64,000 bases of DNA. Origin: an uncultured cyanobacterium. GTDB taxonomy: Bacteria; Cyanobacteriota; Cyanobacteriia; Cyanobacteriales; CAWUOF01. The stretch is taken from positions 4,864,001 to 4,928,000 of the forward strand of contig CAVUSO010000001.1 of NCBI GenBank assembly GCA_963744145.1, read 5' to 3'. The position numbers were made by a program, and so were the translations under genes. A model generated the notes under the pieces. It did not search any database, had not been told where the DNA came from, and saw nothing but the letters and a program-made list of their open reading frames with translations. Below, one piece after another: positions 32,452 through 41,285 of the stretch (within the stretch, counting starts at the first letter, position 1; each line of letters opens with the position of its first letter).

Positions 32452-33604
32452 TAGACATCTCCTAAAACTTATAAGCTAGTTATGGTAAGCATTTTAGCGT
32501 TTTTCCTGTTTAAATTTATCATCGCTGAAACGTATATTTTTCGTAGTTTTACTTCATTGATCCAATTTCAGGTTAAAACTATGACTCACTATGATCTCGA
32601 TTTCTTTATCTATTTCTGACGGATTAACTACTTTAATAAGTAAAGCATTTATTCTTAATCTTACTAACCCGCAAATCGTTAAAAATATTGATTTATATTT
32701 GATTTTACTTAATCTAAATCTCTCTTGCATTATCCTAAATATTTTGATAATTCTAATTAAATGTTCGACAAATATTCTCTCTGATGAGATCTCTTTATTT
32801 GTTTCTTTTTGTGATTGAGTTAATTCACCCCCTTTCGGTTTTTTGGCTGGTGTTTTAATTTGTTCTTCTCCTATGTAAGCTTTATCTCCACTAAATTTTT
32901 GGGTTTTTGAAAATTTACTTAAAGTTTCTCTACATATTTTTATGTCACTTGTAGGTCCTGGTTCTCCTGCTACTACATCGACAATATCTTTAGCTTTTGG
33001 TAGACTGATCACTTGGTTTTTAAAAGTATGATTTTTCTTTTTACCTGAGTAATATTTTTTCTGCTCCTCATAAGACAAAGCCCTTTCTATTGGCTGTTCT
33101 TCGCTGTCTACTATTAGTTCATAATCAGTAAGTTTTTCCAGGATTTCTGATGAATTTTCCTCAAACTTTTTTACTTGTTCTAATAGAGAACATGGCAAAG
33201 CTTCTCTTAATATTTGTTGCCAATAGTGAAAAATCTTATGAGCAGTTGATTCACTTACTTGAAACATCAATCCTAATAATTGAAAATTTAGATGATGTCT
33301 AAGATAGACTAAGGTTAAAATGATTTGCTCTTTTTTTTCTAGTTTTGATTCTCTCCCTCCTCCTGATTTAATTATTCTTACTTTCTGTTCTTCTTGTTCT
33401 TGTTCTTTTTGGTCATGCAAAATTAAAGCATATTCTATCAACTGTTCTAATTGGTTATAATTAATTCCCAATAATCGTTTAGTTTCCTTCTGGTTTTTTT
33501 GGATGTATTCCCAAGTATAATTACTCATTTTAGTAATTACTCCATTAATGTTCTAGATCATTATACCATATTTTTGGTTTTTCATTATATTATGGAGATG
33601 TCTA
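32452..33604 (-). mobile_element. IS5-family (ISL2-like) insertion sequence, apparently intact
   Basis: Terminal inverted repeats TAGACATCTCC...GGAGATGTCTA around a 324-aa transposase; markedly AT-rich and lacks HIP1. Confidence 0.85.
32554..33528 (-). CDS. DDE transposase (HTH_Tnp_4 + DDE_Tnp_4 type)
   Basis: LTLVYLRHH HTH region, IVDSEEQPIER, YYSGKKKNHTFK, GDKAYIG, RIFVEHLI. Confidence 0.9.
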   Translation of the reverse strand: MSNYTWEYIQKNQKETKRLLGINYNQLEQLIEYALILHDQKEQEQEEQKVRIIKSGGGRESKLEKKEQIILTLVYLRHHLNFQLLGLMFQVSESTAHKIFHYWQQILREALPCSLLEQVKKFEENSSEILEKLTDYELIVDSEEQPIERALSYEEQKKYYSGKKKNHTFKNQVISLPKAKDIVDVVAGEPGPTSDIKICRETLSKFSKTQKFSGDKAYIGEEQIKTPAKKPKGGELTQSQKETNKEISSERIFVEHLIRIIKIFRIMQERFRLSKIKYKSIFLTICGLVRLRINALLIKVVNPSEIDKEIEIIVSHSFNLKLDQ

Positions 33605-33636
33605 GTGAATCAGACCAAATCCGAACATATTTATCA

Positions 33637-33747
33637 CCTGTAGGGGCGGGTTCACCGACGAATTTACCACACACAAATAACCCTTGTGCCGAGCGTAGTC
33701 GAGGTATTGATGAACCCGCCCTGCCCCACAGATCACCTTGATGAACT
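33637..33747. repeat. 111-bp composite REP-like repeat; inverted copy at 43577-43687
   Basis: CCTGTAGGGGCGGGTTCACC...GATCACCTTGATGAACT; 5 mismatches to the reverse complement of 43577-43687. Confidence 0.85.
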
Positions 33748-33844
33748 CCTTTCCATTTAAACATTGTGGCACTAGGCATACAACTCATCATCTACAATTG
33801 ACTCAGGTAGATTATTATCTATTGAGCTTATACTGAGACTTTTT

Positions 33845-34129
33845 ATGTTAAGCGTAACAGTTGATGAAATTCAGCGCGATCCTTCAAAGTATCTGCGTCA
33901 AGTGGAGGCAGGTGAAACAATTTTGATTCTTCAAGCAGATCAAGCGATCGCTGAAATGAGGCCCATCTCGTCGAGCGGTAAGCAGCTACGACCATTCGGC
34001 TTGTGTACTGGTGAGTTCACCGTCCCTGCCGATTTTGATGCACCTCTGCCAGAAGAGATTTTGAGCGCATTCGAGGGTGATCGGTTAGGCGTGAATGTTA
34101 AACTTGACCCAGAAATGCAAGGAGAGTAA
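33845..34129 (+). CDS. Phd/YefM-family antitoxin (with DUF2281-like tail); C-terminus extended across a rearrangement junction
   Basis: YLRQVEAGETILI and RPFGLCTGEFTVPADFDAPLPEEIL. The last 16 residues come from the duplicated block starting at 34080. No toxin partner is present. Confidence 0.8.
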   Translation: MLSVTVDEIQRDPSKYLRQVEAGETILILQADQAIAEMRPISSSGKQLRPFGLCTGEFTVPADFDAPLPEEILSAFEGDRLGVNVKLDPEMQGE

Positions 34130-34134
34130 TCACA

Positions 34135-34332
34135 GTGGCTTCTATCACAATTGACCTTTCAGAGCGCCAATTTCAAAGGCTACAAGATTTAGCAACAGTG
34201 CATGGAATTGCACTTGAAGTTCTATTAAAGGCAAGTTTAGAGGATTGGCTCAATTCTCAAAAGAGTGAGTTTGTTGAGGCAGCTAATTATGTGCTGACGA
34301 AAAATGCTGAACTGTATCGACGTTTAGCATAA
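34135..34332 (+). CDS. Small RHH-like antitoxin / DNA-binding protein partnered with Doc toxin
   Basis: 65 aa ending KNAELYRRLA; the stop overlaps the doc start (TAATG). Confidence 0.8.
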   Translation: MASITIDLSERQFQRLQDLATVHGIALEVLLKASLEDWLNSQKSEFVEAANYVLTKNAELYRRLA

Positions 34333-34715
34333 TGCAGTTTCTAAGGTTAATTGAGGTGTTAGAACTGCATCGTCAAGTCATTGAGCAATCTGGCGGAGCA
34401 TTCGGTATCCGCGATGTAGGTTTATTGGAGTCAGCGATCGCTCAACCCCGAATGACGTTTGGTGGAGAAGAGCTATACCCAAGCTTGCTTGAGAAAGCAG
34501 CAGCATTAGGGTTTTCTATGATCATGAACCATCCATTTGTAGATGGAAACAAACGTACAGGTCATGCGGCGACAGAGACTTTTCTGTTTCTAAATGGAAT
34601 GGAAATCAGCGCCTCTGTGGATGAACAAGAGCGTGTGGTTTTAGAGATCGCATCGGGTGAGCTAGGGCGTGAGGCATTTGTAGAATGGTTGCAACAGAAT
34701 ACAGTCGCCAGCTAA
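34332..34715 (+). CDS. doc: Death-on-curing (Fic/Doc) family toxin
   Basis: Intact Fic motif HPFVDGNKRTG; also GIRDVGLLESAIAQP. Confidence 0.9.
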   Translation: MQFLRLIEVLELHRQVIEQSGGAFGIRDVGLLESAIAQPRMTFGGEELYPSLLEKAAALGFSMIMNHPFVDGNKRTGHAATETFLFLNGMEISASVDEQERVVLEIASGELGREAFVEWLQQNTVAS

Positions 34716-34734
34716 CAAGTCGCGGCAAATGAGG

Positions 34735-34789
34735 ATTTGGGTATGAGTTACCGATCCTTTGTACACCCTATGAACTTCTTAGAGATTGA
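34735..34789 (+). pseudogene. 3' remnant of a PIN/VapC-like toxin gene
   Basis: Reads GYELPILCTPYELLRD*, a typical C-terminal P-I-x-TP-x-E-L tail; the rest is missing. Confidence 0.5.
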
Positions 34790-34791
34790 TT

Positions 34792-34959
34792 ATGTATCAA
34801 GACGCAATTGTAGAAGAGATTCACAGAATTCGTGAGGAGTATTCACGGTCGTTCAACCACGACTTGAAAGCACTCTTCGCTGATCTGCAAAAGCAGCAAG
34901 CAGCAAGCGGTAGAAAAGTTGTGAGCTTGTCACGAAAGCGTGGTCTAACTACAGGTTAG
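34792..34959 (+). CDS. Small 55-aa antitoxin-like hypothetical protein
   Basis: MYQDAIVEEIHRIREEYSRSFNHDLKALFADLQKQQAASGRKVVSLSRKRGLTTG*; below the ORF-track cutoff. Confidence 0.65.
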   Translation: MYQDAIVEEIHRIREEYSRSFNHDLKALFADLQKQQAASGRKVVSLSRKRGLTTG

Positions 34960-35034
34960 AGTGGACGACCAAGAGATATTGGTGAGGATGCAAAGGCAGT
35001 CGAATAAATTGTTCTGCCGCGTGCGTTGTTAGAT
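34943..35034 (+). other. Degenerate integron attC-like site
   Basis: RYYYAAC-type GTCTAAC at the 3' end of a small gene and GTTRRRY-type GTTAGAT about 85 bp later; the two are near-complementary. Confidence 0.45.
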
Positions 35035-35167
35035 TCAATGGCCTAATCTGAGCAACGCCATCCAACATTTTGACCGATTATCACTTCTCAACGATATCCA
35101 TCTGGCATTACAGACTGCTATACTTCATAAACATGGAATAGGCTGTATCCTGCTAGGATGGCTAGAT

Positions 35168-35365
35168 ATGAAGAAAATTAGTTATAGCAAAGATGTTGAT
35201 GCGCTTTTAATTGAACTCTCCAACGAGCCAATTGCTTATGCCCAAGAAGAAGGAGAAGATATTATTTTGCATTATTCCCAGAATGCCAAACTCGTTTTAG
35301 TCGAAATTCTAGATTTTCGACGTTTTATGTCATAAGAAGCGATCGCCACACTTCTGGCATCTTAA
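35168..35365 (+). pseudogene. DUF2283-family antitoxin-like gene with a stop near the C-terminus
   Basis: MKKISYSKDVDALLIEL...LVLVEILDFRRFMS*EAIATLLAS*; in-frame TAA at 35333. Confidence 0.7.
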
Positions 35366-35560
35366 TAGAAGGCAAGCTACTTGATACTATCCAACATCCA
35401 AATCAGGAGAAGTACCCAAATCAAAGGATATTTATTGTTGAGATTGATCGCTATGTTGATCTCGTTCCTTTCGTAGAGAACGATACGGAATTTTTTCTCA
35501 AGACCATTATCCCCAGCCGCAAAATGACCAAGCAATATTTAGGAGAATCGGATGAATATC
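35365..35560 (+). pseudogene. 5'-truncated BrnT-like ribonuclease toxin
   Basis: IEGKLLDTIQHPNQEKYPNQRIFIVEI...VPFVE...FLKTIIPSRKMTKQYLGE, with no start codon or N-terminus. Confidence 0.7.
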
Positions 35561-35825
35561 CAACTTGATGCTGAAGAACAAGATATTTTAAATTCTGTAG
35601 AAAAAGGTGAATGGCAATCGGTCGCAAATCTACAGCAAGAAATTGAGCAATATCAACGCCACGCCCAAGCCTATATGCAATCCATCCAAAAAATTACTAT
35701 CGAGCTGCCTAGTAGGGATATTGCATCTGGAGCAAGAGCTTGCCACTAATTCAGGTGTATCTATACCTTTGCTCTTGTCTAGTATCATTCATCAATATAT
35801 CGGTTCTCAATCTATTCGCCATTAA
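35552..35825 (+). pseudogene. Frameshifted cognate antitoxin (BrnA/CopG-like)
   Basis: MNIQLDAEEQDILNSVEKGEWQSV... continues in another frame as LEQELATNSGVSIPLLLSSIIHQY. Confidence 0.65.
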
Positions 35826-35859
35826 TTACCGCGCCTCCCATCAGCTCCGCTCCGCATCT

Positions 35860-36222
35860 AGCTAATGGTATTCAACCTGAAGAAATTAGTGTGTTTGTTA
35901 GAGATACTCCTCAGATTGACAGAGCTATTGGTGCGATCGCAGTTATTAAGATAAATGGGACATCAGAAAGAAAACTGATGGAACTAAGCGATCGCGTATC
36001 CTTTGCTCATGGTTGTATTGCAGTTAGCACCATGCACTTGGCCAAGGGGTTTGAGAATTTCGTGTAGTAGTGGTCATGGCTTGTGATGATGAAGTTTTAC
36101 CACTCTCTTGAGCGTGTTTAAAGTGTTGGAGATTTGGATCTTGGGAGGTTTATAATACGGAAAGACATCTGCTTTATGTGGCTTGTACTCGGGCTAGAGA
36201 TTATTTGCTGATGTCAGGGTGA
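35860..36222 (+). pseudogene. C-terminal remnant of a UvrD-like superfamily 1 helicase
   Basis: Frameshifted motifs STMHLAKG..EFRVVVVMAC and ERHLLYVACTRARDYL. Confidence 0.7.
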
Positions 36223-36308
36223 CTTTAGAAGTGGCGGAAAGGCCAGCTACATCGGGATTTTGTACAATTTAATTTTGGTAGAATCTGTAGAGAAGCGTAA
36301 ATTTAGGG

Positions 36309-36734
36309 ATGTGCCTTAACGAAATTATGTTTTCAGAAATAGTTGTTACACCAGAACACATTGCTTTGTATCGGAAGCAATTAGTAGATAATCAAGAAGC
36401 ATTAGCCGCTCTTGATGTGATTGAAGAGTGGGATGGTGATTTAGCGGATGCTGCTGAATCTATCGCAAAACGAAATGGTATTCAGGGTGTAGAAACTAAT
36501 GCTGACTTGCGTTGGTTTCAACAAAAACTTCAAGAAAGCCAAAAAATTATTTGTCAGCCTGAACATGAAAAGTTGAGAGATAATTTTATATCTACATCAC
36601 TACCTGTTTTAACAGAGTTTCTAGCTACACTTTTGGGATGTCCTCCTGGAGTCGCAACAGTAATTGCCACTCCATTTGTCTTATCTATTGCTCAAGAAGG
36701 AATAGATAAATTTTGTCAATCTGTTGACTCATAA
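36309..36734 (+). CDS. Hypothetical protein
   Basis: Clean 141-aa ORF (possible start at 36327), convergent with the CHAT gene. Confidence 0.65.
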   Translation: MCLNEIMFSEIVVTPEHIALYRKQLVDNQEALAALDVIEEWDGDLADAAESIAKRNGIQGVETNADLRWFQQKLQESQKIICQPEHEKLRDNFISTSLPVLTEFLATLLGCPPGVATVIATPFVLSIAQEGIDKFCQSVDS

Positions 36735-36736
36735 TT

Positions 36737-39700
36737 TTAAATTCCAATAGCGACAAACGCTGACCAATAATATGGATTAGCAAAGGGTAATGGTTGACGA
36801 TTGAGGCTTAGACTTCCTGCTAAAGAGTCCTTAAATTTGTTGCGATCGCGTTTGGGTGAGTTTTCAAATGCTTCCTCAACTAAGTTTTGAAATTGTGGAT
36901 AACTTTGGATTCTTGCCCACTTTTTATAGGTTAATGTCCTTAACCATTTCTGAGCTTTATTGAGAGAAATTGCCACATCTCCTGTTTTAATTTTCGGTAG
37001 TCGTTGGAGGTTGTGGTAAAATTTGACCATCAATAAAGTTGTGGCGATCGGATCGACACTCCAAAGAGTGCTAACAACACTCAAACTACCTGCATACAAA
37101 AAGCCACTGGGTAAACCAATATATTCATCGCTGATGCTGTTGGGATCTGTCATCCCACTTTCACAAGCAGAAAAGGTGACAAGGCGACATTGATTCAAGT
37201 AAAATTTTTCAAATACTTCACCTAATGTTAGGTTAGCTTCTTCTCCTAATTTACCTTCTGGATCAGCAAGCAGTAAAGCTGATTTGAGAGGCGATTCAGG
37301 ATAAAATTTGCCGTGACAAGAGAAGTGAATGCAGTGAGAGGAACGCATTTGTTCCATACGCTGATAGACATTTGCCTCTGTTGCTTCTGCTTCTTTCAGA
37401 ATAATGGTTTGCTCTAAATCGAATTGTTGGCGAATTTTATCAATTTCCAGTTGAGAACCAAGTAAAGGTCTAGCAGGTTGTCTGGTAGGATTTTGAATAG
37501 CAAATAAGCGAGTAAAATCAGGTCGATTTTGTGCTTGGTCTTTTACTTGTTTCAGTAATTGACAACTGGGGGCATAACCCACACCTTTAGGGAACCGCTC
37601 AAACAACAATTTACCGTCAGCTAGGGGTAAAGCATGAAGGGGAAATAAATGTAAGTATCGATGGGGAATCAGAATGATGCGGTTACATTTAGCACCGCTT
37701 TCAGAAAAGCATTTATCTATAGAGGAAATAATTTCATCAATATGCAGAATTTTGGCAAGATTTTGAAGGCGATCGGCTAAATTTTTAATCCATTGAGTGT
37801 TTTGTTTATGATAGGAATCACGATACTCTTTATCCCAATTTTCTAAATCTGTCATATTTGCAAAAGCTACAACAATCGGCTGGGGATGATGGTGGTGAGT
37901 GCTAATGAAAGTAAAAATCTGACTGCTGGTGATGTACCATTCAAGAATAGCTGTGTTTTCATCGATGAGGTATTGGATATCGCTGAAGGAAATGGGTTGA
38001 ACTTTTTGGGTAAATGTAAAGCTAGAATCTATTTCGTTAATTTCTGCTAGCAGTTCATCTTGTTGTTGTTGCAATTGAGCTAATTCTTGTCGCAGTCGTT
38101 CTATTTGGTCGCGATTTTTTTCCTCAGATTCTCGGTTGCTGATGAGTATTTCTAATTCTCTCTGTTTAGCTGGAATTTGTCGCCGTTGTTGTTCTAGTTG
38201 ATGACAATGAGTTTGGTAAAGTTCAGTGTTGTGGTAAATGTCGCTTTTGGGGTAGATGTCTTTGTTAGCTAGGAGTTCAACTAAGTTACGGGCTTTACTG
38301 CGTTCCACATATTCAATTGCTTGAACATAATATTGCGGTTCTGTAGTAGCAAGTTCGAGGCAAACTTCCACCATATTTTGATAGAGCTTATTCCATTGTT
38401 CAGCTAATTTCCGCTTGTCTGCTGTGCCACCTTTAACTATCTCACTCCGTAACGACTCTACTGTATTGATCGCTTCAGCATAGGTATCAGCAGCTGGTTT
38501 GAATTTAGAATCAGTTTGGTAAGTCAGACCCAAATTAAATAAAGTTGCAGCATGAGCTTGAGGAAAAGCAGCGCGGGTTAGGACTTCTAGGGAGCTAGAG
38601 TAGGAGGCGATCGCCAGTTCGAGATTCTCAGCCCGCTCTCCCCTGATTCGGTATAAGTAGGCATTTCCCAGATTATTTTGCGTCCTCGCCCAATCTTGGG
38701 GAAAAGCAGCGCGGGTGCAAATTTCTAGGGCGCTAGAGTAGAAGGCGATGGCCAGTTCGAGATTCTCAGCCCGCTCTCCCCTGATTCGGTCAGAGTAGGC
38801 AAGTCCCAGATTATTTTGCGTCATTGCCGAATATTGAGGAAAAGCATCACGGGTTAGGACTTCTAGGGAGCTAGAGAAGGAGGCGATGGCCAGGTCGAGA
38901 TTCTTTGCCCGCTCTCCCTTGATTCGGTCAGAGTAGGCAGTTCCCAGATTATTTTGCGTCATTGCCCAATCTTGGGGAAAAGCAGCGCAGGTTCTGACTT
39001 CTAGGGAGCTAGAGTAGGAGGCGATGGCCAGGTCGAGATTCTCAGCCCACTCTCCCCTAATTCGTTTACCGTAGACAATTCCGAGATTATTTTGCGCCCT
39101 TGCCCATTGTTCGGGAAAAGCAGCGCGGGTATAAACTTCTAGGGAGCTAGAGTAGGAGGCGATGGCCAGGTCGAGATTCTCAGCCCGCTCTCCCCTAATT
39201 CGGTTACCATAGGCAATTCCGAGATTATTTTGCGTCCTTGCCCATTGTTCGGGAAAAGCAGCACGGGTGTAAACTTCTAGGGAGCTAGAGTATGAGGCGA
39301 TGGCCAGTTCGAGATTCTCTGCAAGCTTTCCCCTGATTCTGTATAAGTAGGCAGTTCCCAGATTATATTGCGTCATTGCCCATTGTTCGGGAAAAGCAGC
39401 GCGGGTTCGGACTTCTAGGGAGCTAGAAAAGAAGGCGATGGCCAGTTCGAGATTCTTTGCCCGCTCTCCCCTGATTCGGTCAAAGTAGGCAAGTCCCAGA
39501 TTATTTTGCGTCCTTGCCCAATCTTGGGGAAAAGCAGCGCGGGTTCGGACTTCTAGGGAGCTAGAAAAGAAGGCAATCGCGAGTTCGAGATTCTCCGCCC
39601 GCTCTCCCCTGATTCGGTCAGAGTAGGCATTTCCCAGATTATTTTGCGTCTTTGCCCATTGTTCGCTTCCTGGCTCCTGATTTCTTAAAACTATTTGATA

Positions 39701-40207
39701 ACCAGTAATTGCAATCTCTATATTATTTACTCTATTTCCATGCGAAAAGTTTTGAATATCGATGCTCAAATTCTCAATCGTGCCAATAATATTTCTAGTT
39801 TCTTCTGGATATTGGGCAATTAAATTTTCAGCCTCTTGTTGTAAAATTTTTGCGAAACGCCCATTCAAAAGATGTTTTTGTTGAACAAGAATTGGATAAA
39901 CTACCGCTCTATCGCTATTACTCTCATATTCTGCCTGCAATAATTGTTGAATAAACTCGACATACTGACGATTATCTTCATTCATACCCAAGAATTCTCC
40001 TAGCTGATTAGCAACGTTTCGCAAGAAATTAGCCCCATCATCCTCTCTTTGCTCTGTTAGCCTTACCGCTACTGTTTCGCAAGTTTGCAGAAACCCCGCA
40101 TCCAGCAATTTTGAATTCATCTGTAATATCTGCGGTTCCTCACCACTAGGACAGTCCAGCAGCGATTGAATGAGATTAAGATAAGCTTGAGTAAGGCTTT
40201 CATCCAT
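36737..40207 (-). CDS. TPR-repeat CHAT (caspase-like) protease
   Basis: Eight 46-aa TPR-like repeats, catalytic dyad motifs HFSCHG and FSACESG, C-terminal PYYWSAF. Confidence 0.92.
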   Translation of the reverse strand: MDESLTQAYLNLIQSLLDCPSGEEPQILQMNSKLLDAGFLQTCETVAVRLTEQREDDGANFLRNVANQLGEFLGMNEDNRQYVEFIQQLLQAEYESNSDRAVVYPILVQQKHLLNGRFAKILQQEAENLIAQYPEETRNIIGTIENLSIDIQNFSHGNRVNNIEIAITGYQIVLRNQEPGSEQWAKTQNNLGNAYSDRIRGERAENLELAIAFFSSSLEVRTRAAFPQDWARTQNNLGLAYFDRIRGERAKNLELAIAFFSSSLEVRTRAAFPEQWAMTQYNLGTAYLYRIRGKLAENLELAIASYSSSLEVYTRAAFPEQWARTQNNLGIAYGNRIRGERAENLDLAIASYSSSLEVYTRAAFPEQWARAQNNLGIVYGKRIRGEWAENLDLAIASYSSSLEVRTCAAFPQDWAMTQNNLGTAYSDRIKGERAKNLDLAIASFSSSLEVLTRDAFPQYSAMTQNNLGLAYSDRIRGERAENLELAIAFYSSALEICTRAAFPQDWARTQNNLGNAYLYRIRGERAENLELAIASYSSSLEVLTRAAFPQAHAATLFNLGLTYQTDSKFKPAADTYAEAINTVESLRSEIVKGGTADKRKLAEQWNKLYQNMVEVCLELATTEPQYYVQAIEYVERSKARNLVELLANKDIYPKSDIYHNTELYQTHCHQLEQQRRQIPAKQRELEILISNRESEEKNRDQIERLRQELAQLQQQQDELLAEINEIDSSFTFTQKVQPISFSDIQYLIDENTAILEWYITSSQIFTFISTHHHHPQPIVVAFANMTDLENWDKEYRDSYHKQNTQWIKNLADRLQNLAKILHIDEIISSIDKCFSESGAKCNRIILIPHRYLHLFPLHALPLADGKLLFERFPKGVGYAPSCQLLKQVKDQAQNRPDFTRLFAIQNPTRQPARPLLGSQLEIDKIRQQFDLEQTIILKEAEATEANVYQRMEQMRSSHCIHFSCHGKFYPESPLKSALLLADPEGKLGEEANLTLGEVFEKFYLNQCRLVTFSACESGMTDPNSISDEYIGLPSGFLYAGSLSVVSTLWSVDPIATTLLMVKFYHNLQRLPKIKTGDVAISLNKAQKWLRTLTYKKWARIQSYPQFQNLVEEAFENSPKRDRNKFKDSLAGSLSLNRQPLPFANPYYWSAFVAIGI
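38555..39658 (-). repeat. Eight tandem 138-bp coding repeats
   Basis: Unit WA(R/M/K)TQNNLGxAYxxRIRGERAENLELAIAxxSSSLEVxTRAAFP(E/Q)(Q/D); near-identical DNA. Confidence 0.9.
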
Positions 40208-40489
40208 TGGGTCAGCACTGATGTAGATTGAGTAATAATTATTGAGTTTTACAGCCTTTTTTTACCATATCAGAACTTATTGAGGTTGCCCAGTGAAGCT
40301 GGCTTTGTCCCGTTCCCAGGGTTGGAAGTTAGTAAAAGTCGCAGAAGTTGCAACTTGATGTTCACGCGAACAAATTTAACAATTGCTAGTCTCAACGAGG
40401 AATGCGATCGCACTCTCCATCAACTCCATCAGAAAGCGATCGCGCCCATCCAGACAAAACCCAAGTAATCAGGAAAATAGTGATCGCCC

Positions 40490-40646
40490 TCACCCACCGC
40501 CAACTCTATAAATTTACGCATATAAGGCGACCTATATCCTAACACGATATTAGACATTAGGCACTCCAACTGCAATTAACTCGTTAGCTATCCTCACCTC
40601 AGTTCCATCTCGCTGAATCCAAATTTTTCCTTCCCTAATCTTGAGG
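40490..40646 (-). pseudogene. XisI-family 3' remnant, copy 1
   Basis: Minus strand reads LKIREGKIWIQRDGTEVRIANELIAVGVP..NIVLGYRSPYMRKF; direct repeat of ~41147-41272. Confidence 0.7.
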
Positions 40647-40665
40647 GGCGATCGCACCTCCCTAT

Positions 40666-41097
40666 TCACCCTAATCCTAATTTCTTTCGCACCTCCTCAC
40701 TACTCATAACTTTACCCGCTTTTTGCTGTTGTCTGGAACGCTCGATCATCTCCAAAAACTGAGGATTGTTACTTAAAGAAACCGTTTCAATATCTGCGAT
40801 CGCTACTAAAACTGCTACAGGTTTACCGTCATAAGCTGCGATCGCAGGTTCTCTTCCCAAACTGCGGACATAATCGGCTAATGAGGCTACACAATCTGAC
40901 GATTGTCGCTGTAAAGACTTTTTGATTAATGTTAGTGAATCTAGATTCGTTTCTAGGGGTAAACTTTCTAAATCCGCAATCGGTGTCAGCACAGCTACAG
41001 GAGTTTTCTGGATTGTAACAAGCAACGGCTCTTTCCCCAAAGCTTGAATATATTTACCCAAAGATTCAGTTGCTTGTGTAAGTTCTATTGATTTCAT
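40666..41097 (-). CDS. Orphan antitoxin-like protein with an internally duplicated Phd-like unit
   Basis: Two similar halves (LGKEPLLVT..PVAVL / LGREPAIAA..PVAVL) and tail SLSNNPQFLEMIERSR...SSEEVRKKLG. Confidence 0.65.
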   Translation of the reverse strand: MKSIELTQATESLGKYIQALGKEPLLVTIQKTPVAVLTPIADLESLPLETNLDSLTLIKKSLQRQSSDCVASLADYVRSLGREPAIAAYDGKPVAVLVAIADIETVSLSNNPQFLEMIERSRQQQKAGKVMSSEEVRKKLGLG

Positions 41098-41146
41098 AGT
41101 TCAATTTCCTCCTGTCAGTCAATTATCCTCCTCTCTAACCTCATAA

Positions 41147-41272
41147 CTACCCCACCGCCAACTCGGTAAATTTACGCATATAAGGGGCGACCTATATCCT
41201 AACATGATATTAGACTTAGGCACTCCAACTACAATTAACTCTTAACTATCCCCACCTTAGTTCCATCTTGCT
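41147..41272 (-). pseudogene. XisI-family 3' remnant, copy 2
   Basis: Degenerate direct repeat of 40493-40613. Confidence 0.6.
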
Positions 41273-41285
41273 AATGCTATTCGGA

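Noticed and set aside
33499..33791. Short ORFs overlapping the REP cluster (also 42991-43188, 43838-44026, 55202-55396)
   Set aside because: Chance frames through palindromic repeats and MITEs, with no protein-like features.
36737..40207. Diversity-generating retroelement target
   Set aside because: No reverse transcriptase or separate template repeat is seen, and the variation is not adenine-specific by inspection.
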